Shown piece after piece: positions 1 through 11,415 of a DNA stretch of 64,000 nucleotides (position 1 is the stretch's first letter; each line of letters begins with the position of its first letter). The translations under genes were made by a program, and so were the position numbers. The notes beneath the pieces are model-generated. The model was not told the DNA's origin. It did not search any database and was given only the letters and a program-made list of their open reading frames with translations. The DNA is from Paraphysomonas bandaiensis. Its lineage: Eukaryota > Protista > Chrysophyceae. The DNA lies in NCBI GenBank assembly GCA_965644295.1, contig CBFFRP010000297.1, positions 124,001-188,000 on the forward strand. The letters run 5' to 3'.

Positions 1-15
1 ATTGTGTATTCACAG

Positions 16-3000
16 TAAGTGGAGATCATATCATCCGCAAGACGTACGACGACTTCAATGAGTTCTTCTGGTCACCTGTTTGTCTCAAGTACGCCCATCA
101 TCACTCTGATGATCTCGGAGACGTCGATGGTTCTCACACCACCGACACTGAGGTTACCATATCGGAAGCCCTTCAGGTGGTGAATTATAATCGTGTGCTG
201 TTATACATGGTGTAGTAATGTGATTATATTATGACTATATAGAATGCAAGTAAAACCTACCTTGAAAAGCGTTCGTGGCTGCACCCCCTGCAGTCTTTTC
301 ACCGGATAATGGAGTGGCACGTGATCGCATTCACAATCCTTGCTACGATAGCTTTTTCTAACGCCTTAGTGTGGCGGGTGTCGTATACCTTGCTCGTGGG
401 TTCATTTATTTTCTGGGAGATTAATTTCATGGGCATATTATCAACATGCCTCGAGGTTTGGACCATATTTCCTTCAAGCTCTCTCTCAGGGCCCGCTATA
501 TATGGCTACCTTTTGCGCCTGTTGGCTGGTTATGTTGTACTTCTATACCAGTCCATATATTTTCACTGGGCTTTCCGTCATGACGATGCAGGAGAGAACT
601 CAATGCGATCACTTGGAGACGCCAATTTCTGGTGGTGGCAGTACTTGTGGATCTCTTTTTTTGCACTCCTCCTCTATTTTGCAGAAACTATAATATGCTG
701 TGCTCCTGCAATATACTCCTATGTCATGGTGTGGAACAATGATTTTGTCCAGGCTCTCTTGAACATATTATATCCCTTTTCTCAGCTCTATGTTGGTAAA
801 GCTATTCATACAAAGCAGCTGGAAAGTCTCACCTATATCTGTTTCTGGCTGACTTTAATTGCATTCAAGCTCTGGTTTGGCTATTACTATATTGTGTTTC
901 CTATTACTGTTCCGTCCATTGAACTATACGATGATTACATGAATTACCCTGAGGTTCCATTTGTGAAGACTGCTGTGCTCATGGCGATATGGTGGTTTCC
1001 TCATTTTATGGTTTTTCTGATAGACTTGTCCATATGGTTTTCTGTATGGTCTGCAACTGTTGGGGGGCTACAAGCCTTGCTCGATCGTCAAGGTGCTGTG
1101 AGAAACGCCCATAACATGCGGTCGCACTTTATGAAACTTCCTTTTGCCTTTGCGGAGAAGTTAATGCCAGCGGATACCTCATCTCAGTTTGCTCGTGCAG
1201 TAAGTCGTATGAGCACCGCTGCGTTACCCACTAAGGGTCAACTAGAGTCTATTACTCCAGCACAGTCATCATCCACCCAACCATCTCGAGCACGATCCAC
1301 CAATGAGTTACATTCATATCAGTATAGCTCTATTCCGGACAATGAGTTTGACTCCGTTGAGGTGGCTCCGCAGATGCTGAACTATTCGAGGCCCCATCAG
1401 CAAATAGTTGAGGAATTTCTGGACTCACGAAGCAAAAAGTGGGTAAACTTCGCATGTGTATGGAATGAGATAATTATGAAATTGAGAGAGGGTGATCTGC
1501 TTTCTAACAGCGAGCGTGAAATTCTTATTTTTACTCATTTTGATTGGCTCTCTAAACCAGTGTACCTACCGCTGTATCAGACCGCTGGACGTGTGGAAAC
1601 AGCTATATATGAATACAAGAATGCAGCAGCAAGTTATCATCACAAAGACAGCGACCCAGCCAAAAAGATTCTGATTGCACAAAACCTGAAACGGTCTCTA
1701 GATGTTCCCACAGCAGAGGCAGTGACGGAGGTTTGGGAGCTCATGCGATGGGTGCTGCTTGCGCTTATGGGGCCCGCGCATAATGAGGATATGCAGCAGG
1801 TATTTTCTGAGATACATCACTGGGCAGTTACGGATGATGTCTATAAGCACATGTCGCTAAATAAGCTTCCTGCAATTGTCGATCATTTATACAATATAGC
1901 AAATTCTCTCAAGGGTGTCCTGACGAAACGTAGCAAGAGCCCGGTTATATCTGGCGAGGTTGCCAAGCAAAGTTCCGAAGCTAAGCAAACTCAAGAATCA
2001 GTATCCACAAGCAACAGTGATGAAAACAAAGGTGGAATAACGCGGTCTATTAGCACCGGGTTCCTTGCTGCCATTGGTGCAGCTAATGGGGATCCTGATT
2101 CACTCCCTTCGACAAGCAATGAGGGAGAGTCAGGCACTCGCCCAGCCCGGTCTTCCAGGAAGAGCGATACGAAGTATACACAACTACAACCCTTCAGAAG
2201 TGAAATCGGTGTAGCTGACCGTGTGAGGGACAAGATTCGTGACGACCTGAGAGGCGTATTCAATCTGCTGAAAGATGCGCTGAGAAGGGGAGGCAGTGGC
2301 CAGGAGAGTGCTATTGCCCCACAGGCGCATGATATCATCAATCGAATTACATTTATTCTGTCTTTAGAAAAAGGATTTTTGTGGAATGATGTGTATGCAT
2401 CTCGCCAAGTGGATGACTTGGCGAAGGATATTCGCATGCAATCTGTGCTGAGTAAAGTGTGTGGTCTTCTGAAATTGCGACAAACTCAGATTGAACCTGC
2501 ATCCCCAGAAGCGAGACGTCGACTACACTTTTTTGTGAACTCTTTGTTTATGAATCTTCCATCTGTGCCGTCTATGATTCACAGCAAGGATTACACTTGC
2601 TTGACCCCATTTTACTCGGAGGATGTTCTTCTTACTCGGGATGACCTGGAGCAAAAGAATTCCGATGGCGTGAGCACTATCCTCTATTTGCAAACGTTAT
2701 ACAAGAAGGATTGGCATAACTTTCTAGAGAGGCTTGGTCTCGTAGATGACCAGCTTATATGGTCCTCAAAAAATATTCAAGAGACAAGAATGTGGGCCTC
2801 CATGCGCGCGCAAACATTGTTCCGTACTGTTGAAGGCATGATGTTCACAGAGACTTCTATCCGTCTCCTAGGCGAGCTTGAGGGAATTGCCGACCAGACT
2901 CTGGATGCTCTTGCGAAATTGAAATTTTCCTATGTTGTAGCCGCACAAGCGTACGCCACAATGAAGAAAACAGGTGATCACAAGGCCGATGATATAGATT

Positions 3001-5649
3001 TCCTTCTTGCTAGGCATCCTAATTTAAGAGTAGCGTATATTGAAACTCTTCGCCCGCACCGCAGTGAACATGTGACGTACTATTCCGTTCTCATCAAACA
3101 TGACTCGGATGCGACCTCTGATTCCACTCACTCCCGTGGTAAGGCTCACAGTGAATACAAAGTTAAAGAAGTCTACCGAGTTAAGCTCCCGGGTAACCCA
3201 ATTCTTGGGGAGGGTAAGCCCGAGAACCAGAATCATGCGGTGGTTTTCACGCGAGGGCGGTACTTGCAAGCAATCGATATGAACCAAGCAGGCTACTTTG
3301 AAGAGTCACTGAAGATGAGGAATCTGCTGCAGGAATTTGATTTAACTGGCTGCAAGATACTGGGATTCCGAGAACATATTTTTACAGGGTCAGTGTCGAG
3401 TGTAGCGAACTACATGGCGCTGCAGGAACTCTCGTTTGTGACTCTTGGGCAGCGGGTGCTCACGCAACCTTTGTGTGTCCGACAACACTATGGCCACCCT
3501 GATATATTCGACAAGCTATTCGTGATGACTGAGGGTGGTGTGTCCAAGGCCTCCCGGGGTATTAATTTGTCTGAAGATGTATTTGCTGGATTCAACTGCA
3601 CAATTCGTGGCCACAGAGTAGAGTTCCGGGAGTATGCACAGGTGGGGAAAGGGCGAGACGTGGGCCTGCAGCAGACTTACAAGTTCGAAGCGAAACTCTC
3701 GCAGGGTAACGCGGAGCAGTCCATTTCTCGGGATATGAGTAGGCTGTGCAGTCGACTTGACTTCTTCCGCCTAATGAGTTTCTATTATGGTGGTATTGGT
3801 CATTACATGGCCAACACTATTGTAATGTTCACACTGGTTTTGGTTGTGTACACTATGGTAGCTACGGCGATATTCAACGAGGAGGCTGTGAATGGTCGAA
3901 AGTTAAAGCCAGAAGGCGTCCTACAAATGGTTCTCGCGGGGATGGGGCTTTTGCAGACTCTCCCTCTCTGCTCCACATTAGCTGTTGAGAAAGGCTTTGT
4001 GGAGATGGTATCTGAGATTGTCTATATGATCATCAGTGGAGGCCCTCTTTACTTTATTTTCCATATCCAGACGAAGAGTTTCTACTTTCAACAAACTCTA
4101 TTAGCTGGGGGGGCTATGTACCGCCCCACTGGCAGAGGATTTGTCACCAGACACTCTAGCTTTGATGAGAACTTCCGTTTCTTTGCTTCCAGTCATATAT
4201 ACCTTGGTGTTGAAATAATGATGGCACTGATTTTCTATGGAATGTACACCACATCGAAACAGTATTTGGGTTTAACGTGGTCTCTCTGGTTGGTTGTGTT
4301 AGCATTCCTCCTGGGACCGTTTTGGTTCAACCCACTGTCTTTTGAGTCCCCGAAGGTGTTGGAGGATTATGCCGCCTGGATGCAGTGGATGGATGAGTCC
4401 GGTGGACGCTCCGAGCAATCATGGAGCACTTGGTGGAAAGAGGAAAATGCTTACATTCGAGACCTATCGGGATCATGGAAAATATTCCTTGTTGTGTCTA
4501 AGTGCGCCATGTGGTCGATTGTAGGAGTTGGGCTACTGGGGAGCAAGTTTGTTCACTCTTATACTGAACAATACCGCATGGGAAGGATCCTCGTGATATT
4601 TATCCTTTATTTTGTATGTAAGTGGCTCCTGCATAAGTACGAGATGAATTGCGGTTATGCAGCGAGACGTCTTCTTCACTACGCTGTGAATATCGGTGCT
4701 GCCATACCGCTGGTGTATCTGTTCTTTAAGCACACCCGCTACTTTAGATATGCAATTGCCTTGTACTACATAATATCAGCTACATCGTATGTGCTACTTC
4801 TCAATGGCCTCAACTCCATCGTGATCCATTTGTACAAAGTGCACGACCTTTTGGTCGGACACATGTTGTTTGCTGTTCTTTTAATGATGAGTATATTCCA
4901 GGTTTTCTACTATTGTGTTGTGTTAATTGTCTTAACTTGTTATGAGTATAGATTGGTATTCTTCAAACGTGGCTGCTGTACCACAACGCTCTATCATCTG
5001 GCGTTGTCATTGAAGATATTCTAAAATATGCCAGAAAAACTAAGGAGCGTGCAGATGCTGAGGGCGAGTCAACGTTAGCGGATCTGCGCACCCAGCTAGC
5101 TAACCAGGAGAAAACGATAAAACTTCTACTTGAAGCGAATCCTTCATTGCGTACAGAAACACAGACACTACGGGTGAATACTAAGCTCGCCAACAACGCT
5201 GCGGAAGCAACCCCCTTGAATAGATTGTCTCCACGCGGTTGGTTACGAATTTTTCTATGTACAACTGATATTAACATGCTTGAATAGATTTGGTGTCTCC
5301 ACCTGATAAGATCCCTTCTGTTTTGTCATCAAATACCACATCGAAAAAGAATTATGGATCTGTGTCTTTCAAAGACTCGACGGAAGACTCGGTACGTAGG
5401 AGCGGAAATGCCTACACATCATCTGGGTCAAATAGTCCTCCGAGAGGGTATGCAAGTATGTCTTCCATATCCCGTGATAGACAACGCTCTGGGGATAAGA
5501 ACGACACATCAACCCCACGCAAATCCAGGTCACATCTCTCCATGCAAACAGGTGAGGCTGAGTTCGAGGACCTCTCGAGAAAACCAGCAGGTAAAAACGC
5601 CGAGGGTTTCTTCTTTAAGCAGCCATCTGCACTCCCTAAGCGAGAGTGA
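16..5649 (+). CDS. 1,3-beta-glucan synthase (GT48, FKS1/callose synthase family), 5' part outside the window
   Basis: Motifs KTYDDFNEFFW, EARRRLHFFVNSL, LTPFYSEDV, WASMRAQTLFRTVEG, GEGKPENQNHA, IDMNQ, REHIFTG, HYGHPD, LSEDVFAG, QVGKGRDVG, and many TM helices. Exons approx 16-176, 243-4901, 4952-5238, 5288-5649 with GT-AG introns. Confidence 0.95.
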
Positions 5650-6269
5650 TTCCATTGCAATTCTTATATTTATCTGAGATCACAGTTGTCGATCCTCCGC
5701 GTATTGTTTTGTGTTTGAGAATAGTAATACGGTTTTTGAATTTCAATTTTGTAATAAGAATTTGTTCAGTGTCAGTGATATATGTGTGTTCTGGCCTACA
5801 CTACAAGCTGATTTGTACTGATGTACTGATAGTAGTGAGAGTGTATGGCAGATGTGTAAACAAAAGCGAATTATAGCAAAGATACATATACAAGGTATGT
5901 ATGAAAGATGTAAATATATGCAGAATTAGTGAGTCTACTATGCGTTGGATATATTCGTAGGGATGAAATAAGAGTAAGATACAAGCTGGTTTCTTAAGAT
6001 GGTTTCTAATTGTTACGCAAATCTGGTTGTCATTGTCATTCAATTCTATATCAACTCATTGCTGTAATAACTGCAATTATTAATCAAGCATCCAATTAAT
6101 TGTCTTCGAATATATTTTAGATTCACTTTTTGAACTATAATCACATCCTAAAGATGCCGATATGCAGGCAAATACATCAAAATTTCAAGGTATCTAGGTA
6201 TCATTCACTTGCGAAAATTAGCCATAACAATTTAGCCAAGCACAAACATGCAACCAGTTTTGCTCTATC

Positions 6270-6432
6270 AGCAAACGCAGAATGTTGATATACCTGACAT
6301 CTGCTGACTTCAGGAGTTTGAGTTCTCAAGGTGAACACCTCGGATATTCTTGACTTCAGCAGGCAGCCCAATACACCGGATACCCTTGAGGTTGACTCAT
6401 TCCCGGAGTGTTTATTCGTCAGGGCCCAAAGA
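6270..6432 (-). repeat. Inverted partial copy of the internal segment of the ribozyme-headed element
   Basis: Reverse complement (tctttgggccctgacgaataaac...gatgtcaggtatatcaacattctgc) aligns with about 6771-6955. Confidence 0.85.
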
Positions 6433-6592
6433 TAGAATGTCTGATTATTTAGCAATAGACATGTAAGTGTTAAATCTAAACAGAAATCTATCTAGTACTT
6501 AAAATACTAATATCCTACTGTTTGATGCTACAGAGGCTGTTCACAAAGTCCACCTTCGTGTGTAGATATATATTTTATTTATGAAAGAGCGT

Positions 6593-6680
6593 CCCTCAAC
6601 AAAGTCGGACTCGCACCTTTTCGTGGTGTTCTGGGGGATAAGTACCGGAGAGATTCTCTCTGGGAAACTAACGTGAGCCG
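6593..6680 (+). ncRNA. HDV-like self-cleaving ribozyme candidate
   Basis: P1 CCCTCAAC/GTTCTGGG (2 mismatches); P2 CGG(A)CTCGC/GTGAGCCG; P3 ACC/GGT around L3 TTTTCGT; GG for P1.1; P4 hairpin closed by AGTA/GAA; J4/2 CTAA with the putative catalytic C at 6668. Confidence 0.7.
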
Positions 6681-7801
6681 CAAACATAGTCAGCAGATAT
6701 TGTTCTGTCCACTCATAGCCAAATGCTTGTGTGGTACAAGGGACACTAATAAGTGTCACTTGTGTAGACGTCTTTGGGCCCTGACGAATAAACAGGCATC
6801 CGGGAATGGGCCCACCTCAAGGGCATCCGGGACAGGGCCCACCAGAAGGGTAACCGGGGTATTGGGCTGCCTGCTGAAGTTAAGCATCCGGGATGTTCAC
6901 CTTAAGAACTCAAAACACCTGAAGTCAGCAGATGTCAGGTATATCAACATTCTGCTTGCTCCCTGCGTTTGCTTTGAGTGATTGATGCTGAGTATGAGTT
7001 CACATTATTCGGTATCTGTGTGGCCAATGACCGAGGTAATGCGTCAAACTTTCCTCATGGATGCATGGCAATGGCAATGATGTGATTAGACCTGTCATGT
7101 CTTCTCACACGTCTACTGCCTAGTCTTGGTTTCTCCTGACCCAGGTCATTGAGATTATATCAAGGCTCTGGCACTGTTCTCCAAGCAGTGTCAGGTACAT
7201 TTGTGGTGCTTTTATGTTATTCTTGCTTAGTAGGTTTTCATCCGAGCGGGGAAGGTGCACGGTTTCCTACTAGTGTAAGTCACTCGGGAGAAGAGTGCAA
7301 GGTGGATGCATGTGCTGGACGAGTGCACACAATGGAGGGAAGACATTGGAGTCAGCTTGAATTTGTAACAGATTTTGGTAGATGTCTGTTTCATGCGTCA
7401 GTGTGCAAAATTGCACCAGTGAGACCGCTTCGTGACCGTGGGAGGACCCGGCGCTATAGAGCTACTTTATTCTCCCTTCCAGACTACCTGCTGCTGTGAA
7501 CACCACCTTGAAGAGGGCCCTAAAGATCTGCCGCATATACAGGAGACATACGCCGAAGACACCGACCGCAAGTTGTTTGTGTTAGGACAAGTAGATTGGG
7601 CAGGAGCGTATGATCCGGCTTAAACACGCAACTCGTCGTATGCCCATGTAGCTAACTAAATCGTGTTGTATAGTTGAGCACTTGTCGGTGCATGCAATAG
7701 TAACTAGATGAGAGTCATGTTATGCATAGTGTCGCGCGAGTTGTTAGGTTGGTCGCGGCAACGCACAAGCTTGCGCTTCTTAATAATCAGATTTTCAATA
7801 A
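6593..7801 (+). mobile_element. Non-autonomous non-LTR-type retroelement (~1.2 kb) with 5' HDV-like ribozyme
   Basis: Flanked by direct repeat tatgaaagagcgt at 6580-6592 and 7802-7814. Its 5' end is shared with copies at 37764 and 18877. Its 3' end (taataatcagattttcaata) is shared with about 38230-38249. The interior has a decayed reading frame with stops. Confidence 0.75.
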
Positions 7802-8915
7802 TATGAAAGAGCGTTGTATCTGTGCTTTATTCAGCACATCTTCCCTACCACACTGAGGTTGATTACTACACTTCTTTCTTGAAATCTGCATTTTGAACAA
7901 TGTCCATTTTGAAATCTGTACTCGCGTGGAATTTCATCCCAGGGTAATTTAATTGTTCAATAGTGTACCTGGACATCATCATTTAGATCAAGCTGTCCTT
8001 CTCCATCTGATAATAAAAGTTTACAGACGATGTTAAACTTCTCTAAATATCCTGGCATGATCCACTTCGCATGCGACTAATTGCATCACATCAACATCAA
8101 TTACCAATAAATTGAAAACCAATTAGCTGTTACTCAAGCCTGATGAAAAACCAGAAAGTCTGTCTTTAAAATTCATTAAAGTACGTGGAAACTAGGGCTA
8201 CCATTTTCCTGTTCTTCAATATGTCAAAATAGTTTACAAATAAGCTGTGCACTTAACAACTTGAATGATAATTTTTTTAAATGTAATGCTATTTTCTTTT
8301 TGGGCCGTCAGTGCACATTTGTAAACCTAATGCACATACTGGGTCAGTGGTTAAGATGTTAAGATCAGTTTCTAGTTTCGTGTACATACTATCTGCCTTC
8401 ATTTCAGTATGTGCAAAATTTAATGTCAGTAGGACACGTAGTAACGTGTCCCCTGTGTGACAGCTACCTTTGGTATTTGGTATGTCATGTGACGTGGTGA
8501 TTTTTTAATTATATAGAACCAGTACTTTATAAAATAGCATGACTAGATACTAGATAATTCAACCAATTTGACTAGGTTGAATAATATTTCTCAAAACATA
8601 TTAATATTCTACAAGTACAACAATAGTTTCTAAATTGTTTTTTAGCGACATTTGATTTTTCTTCCCGGGTTTCGACCGTTTCTCTACGTTACATACCTAC
8701 GCGTAGCTAAGCTCAACGTTTAGCATATAAGAAGCAAGCAGTAAGTTGATACACAAACAGTGTGGTGATGGTAACTTTCGATGGCCATACTTATATCAAA
8801 TATCAAAACTCGTTATCATTACTATGACATACGTATCATACACACATCAACGGCACGTAACTTGCTGTGTTACATATGGTTATCTGAAATATATGCTGAC
8901 GACTACTGAGGCTCA

Positions 8916-10761
8916 TTATAACCACAACGTCGCAAACGTGTCCGATATACTGCCATACTCTCGACGTCGCATACCAATGGCTACAGCTGAACTCACTAGA
9001 GACCCAAATAATATAACAGCGCACCATCCCAGGAAGGAAGGTATGAAAGGTGACGCCATGTATACCCAGTGCTCCTCAATATCCCAGTCTGGGAAATCGT
9101 TACAATAAGCAGGCACCTGTGGTACCGTTAAAAGACTTACAAAACCGGGCAACAGACGAAACTTACCAAACAGTGAGGGCCCGTCCAGTCATGGTGACAA
9201 ACGCAACGACTGTATCTCCCGCATCTTCCTTCCCCACATTGTATGTCCGTCCTGCACGTTCCGCCCCCATTCTTCACGTCTTTTAGCGCATGCTTGTCAT
9301 TCATACGCTTGTACTTATGCTCATTCGCGATTATGTACTTCTTGGTGGGGAAAGCTCTAGGGTTGCATCCGACGGTATGCGTGGGGTTCTCCTTGTCCTG
9401 GTATATGCGAATGTGGTCAACACTGAAAATAGCAGGGAGAGAGCGACAAAATCCCGGGTCAAATCCACACCTTCCAGTACTAGTTTTACAGTCAAACTCG
9501 GTACAACCCTGCGGTGTTGGAGGGAAACCCCAGGACGTGGATATGGCGGTATTAATTATCACATATGAGGGTTCAGTGGGAATAAGCGATCCCATTATAT
9601 CAAGTCCTGCTTGGTCTACACCAAAGGAGAGTTCTCCATCTATATACCATCTTAGGTAACCATCTTTCCCGGGTTCCCACTCCAGTCTGAATCGGTGCAT
9701 CGTTTCCCAGAACGAGTCATTCAGGTTTCCTATCGCTCCAACTGCATCACACTGATAGGACTCCTTTTTAGACCTGCCCACTAAAAGATAGAGATCTGTT
9801 ACAGGAAAGAAATTATGCAACACAAGGGTCACTCACCCGGTTCCAGAGTCTTTGTCTCACCCAGGTAGCTACCGTAGAAAAAAGGGTTGATCGAGACATT
9901 CTCTCCGTAAGTAAGGTTGTCGTACCACGTGAAACCCCACTCCGGGAGAGTACCTGAGAGTGGGCGCTTCTTGGACTCTGGAATTCCAGGTGCCACTTGA
10001 AGGGTCATGGCCACATATGGTCGTTCGATCGGTTTCTTCACAAAGGGAAGTCTTCCCTTTTCTCCAGGCATTACTTCTATGATATCTATTTCCGTTGCCC
10101 CACGTCCCTCACCTGCGACCATATCAAAATGCTCGGTAACATCACACCCACTGACTGCCTGCGCATGCTGCAGGCTCCTGTCGCATCGTGTGTAGCTCCA
10201 AGGCCACATCAAATTCGTAGATTGCTCATACGTTGCGCGTCCGAGATTGCCCAGCAACCATACTGCTGGCCACAAGCCTCCCACAGAAGATTTCCCTGGA
10301 AATTTAACGTCGACTTCCAATATTCCACCTGTAAAGCAAAATTTATTCCATCCCTGCAGCATTCCACTACGAAAATGTCGTTCCATTTTCATGTACTTCT
10401 TTTTATATGGGTTAAAAGAGGTCCAGTGTGTGTCATCATCAGTTGTCAAGATGTGTAAGTGTCCATCTTTCGTATAAATATGACTAGAATTATAAAATTG
10501 AAGTGATTTTTTTCCTTGTGCAGTTTGATCATCATCAGATTTTTGTAATGCTGTCCACATGGGATCATCACCATCATGAAAGGTTCTTCCAGGTCTATTA
10601 AACTCATCTGACATTACTAAATTATATGTACGATGATTCTTATAACTTCTTATTCTATATTTATCACTATGTGTGTCTGGATCTATCCATCCACTGAATG
10701 AGGATACACATACAAGTGTATGTATGTTAATAATGGTAATAATATAGTAGATAGAATACAT
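8916..10761 (-). CDS. KRE6/SKN1-type GH16 beta-glucan transglycosylase (diatom TGS-like) with EGF-like domain and C-terminal TM
   Basis: Hydrophobic N-terminus, then GWIDPDT, LVMSDEF, SGMLQGWNKFCFTGG, GLWPAVWLLGNLGRA and the catalytic EIDIIE. EGF-like CRTDIQCGEGRC...CVCHHDWTGPHCL, a TM helix and a short tail. Three exons. Confidence 0.92.
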
Positions 10762-11415
10762 GTATAAGAGGGTTGAATACAATCAATGAGATTGTAATAC
10801 AATCATAAGATGAAGGATGAAGGTGATGGATAGTGATAGTTGTGAGGGTCGTGGTTTATAGACAGCTGGTCAGGGCACTCCAATAAGGCGAAAATGCAAC
10901 TATGATATATATGCATATGTATGTAGAGTATGTGTGCTGTGTATACTCTGTATACGTATATATATGAGTATATACCATACGAGATGCTAGAGAGACACCA
11001 CTATACGTCTCATGTCCATTCCACTCACAGCACGTGTACAGAGTGTACCAATATACTGTACTGTACACTCTGTACGGATATATAAATAGGGAGTCCAAAA
11101 ACACTTGTTTTGTCCATTTATTTTGTGTTTTTCTGCAAATATACATAGAAATACAGACTATAATAAAAGCCCTGTGCTCCTTTTATGCGGCCACGAGCTG
11201 TTGTAATTCTATATACTATGAACGAGTGCTACGCTATGCAGTTTAATGACTTCACATTGTTACTTGGTTAAGTTTACAACGTGTAGAAGATAGGAACTTA
11301 TCAGACATTGTGTTAAGTACCTTCATTAGATAGATAGATAGATCCACTGCAGTCTATCGAATAGCTATCACTCTATTATTACATACCCTTAATACGACGA
11401 CACTATCATAACACT

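Noticed and set aside
6606-6617. Minus-strand ggtgcgagtcc as a tRNA B-box (tRNA-SINE)
   Set aside because: No A-box or cloverleaf; the plus-strand HDV-like fold explains the conserved blocks better.
6781-6830. CTGACGA as a hammerhead ribozyme core
   Set aside because: No stem II followed by GAAA and no matching stems I or III.
6871-6915. LLKLSIRDVHLKNS resembling a 2A peptide, as found in L1Tc
   Set aside because: Lacks the essential NPGP and is not conserved in frame in the inverted copy.
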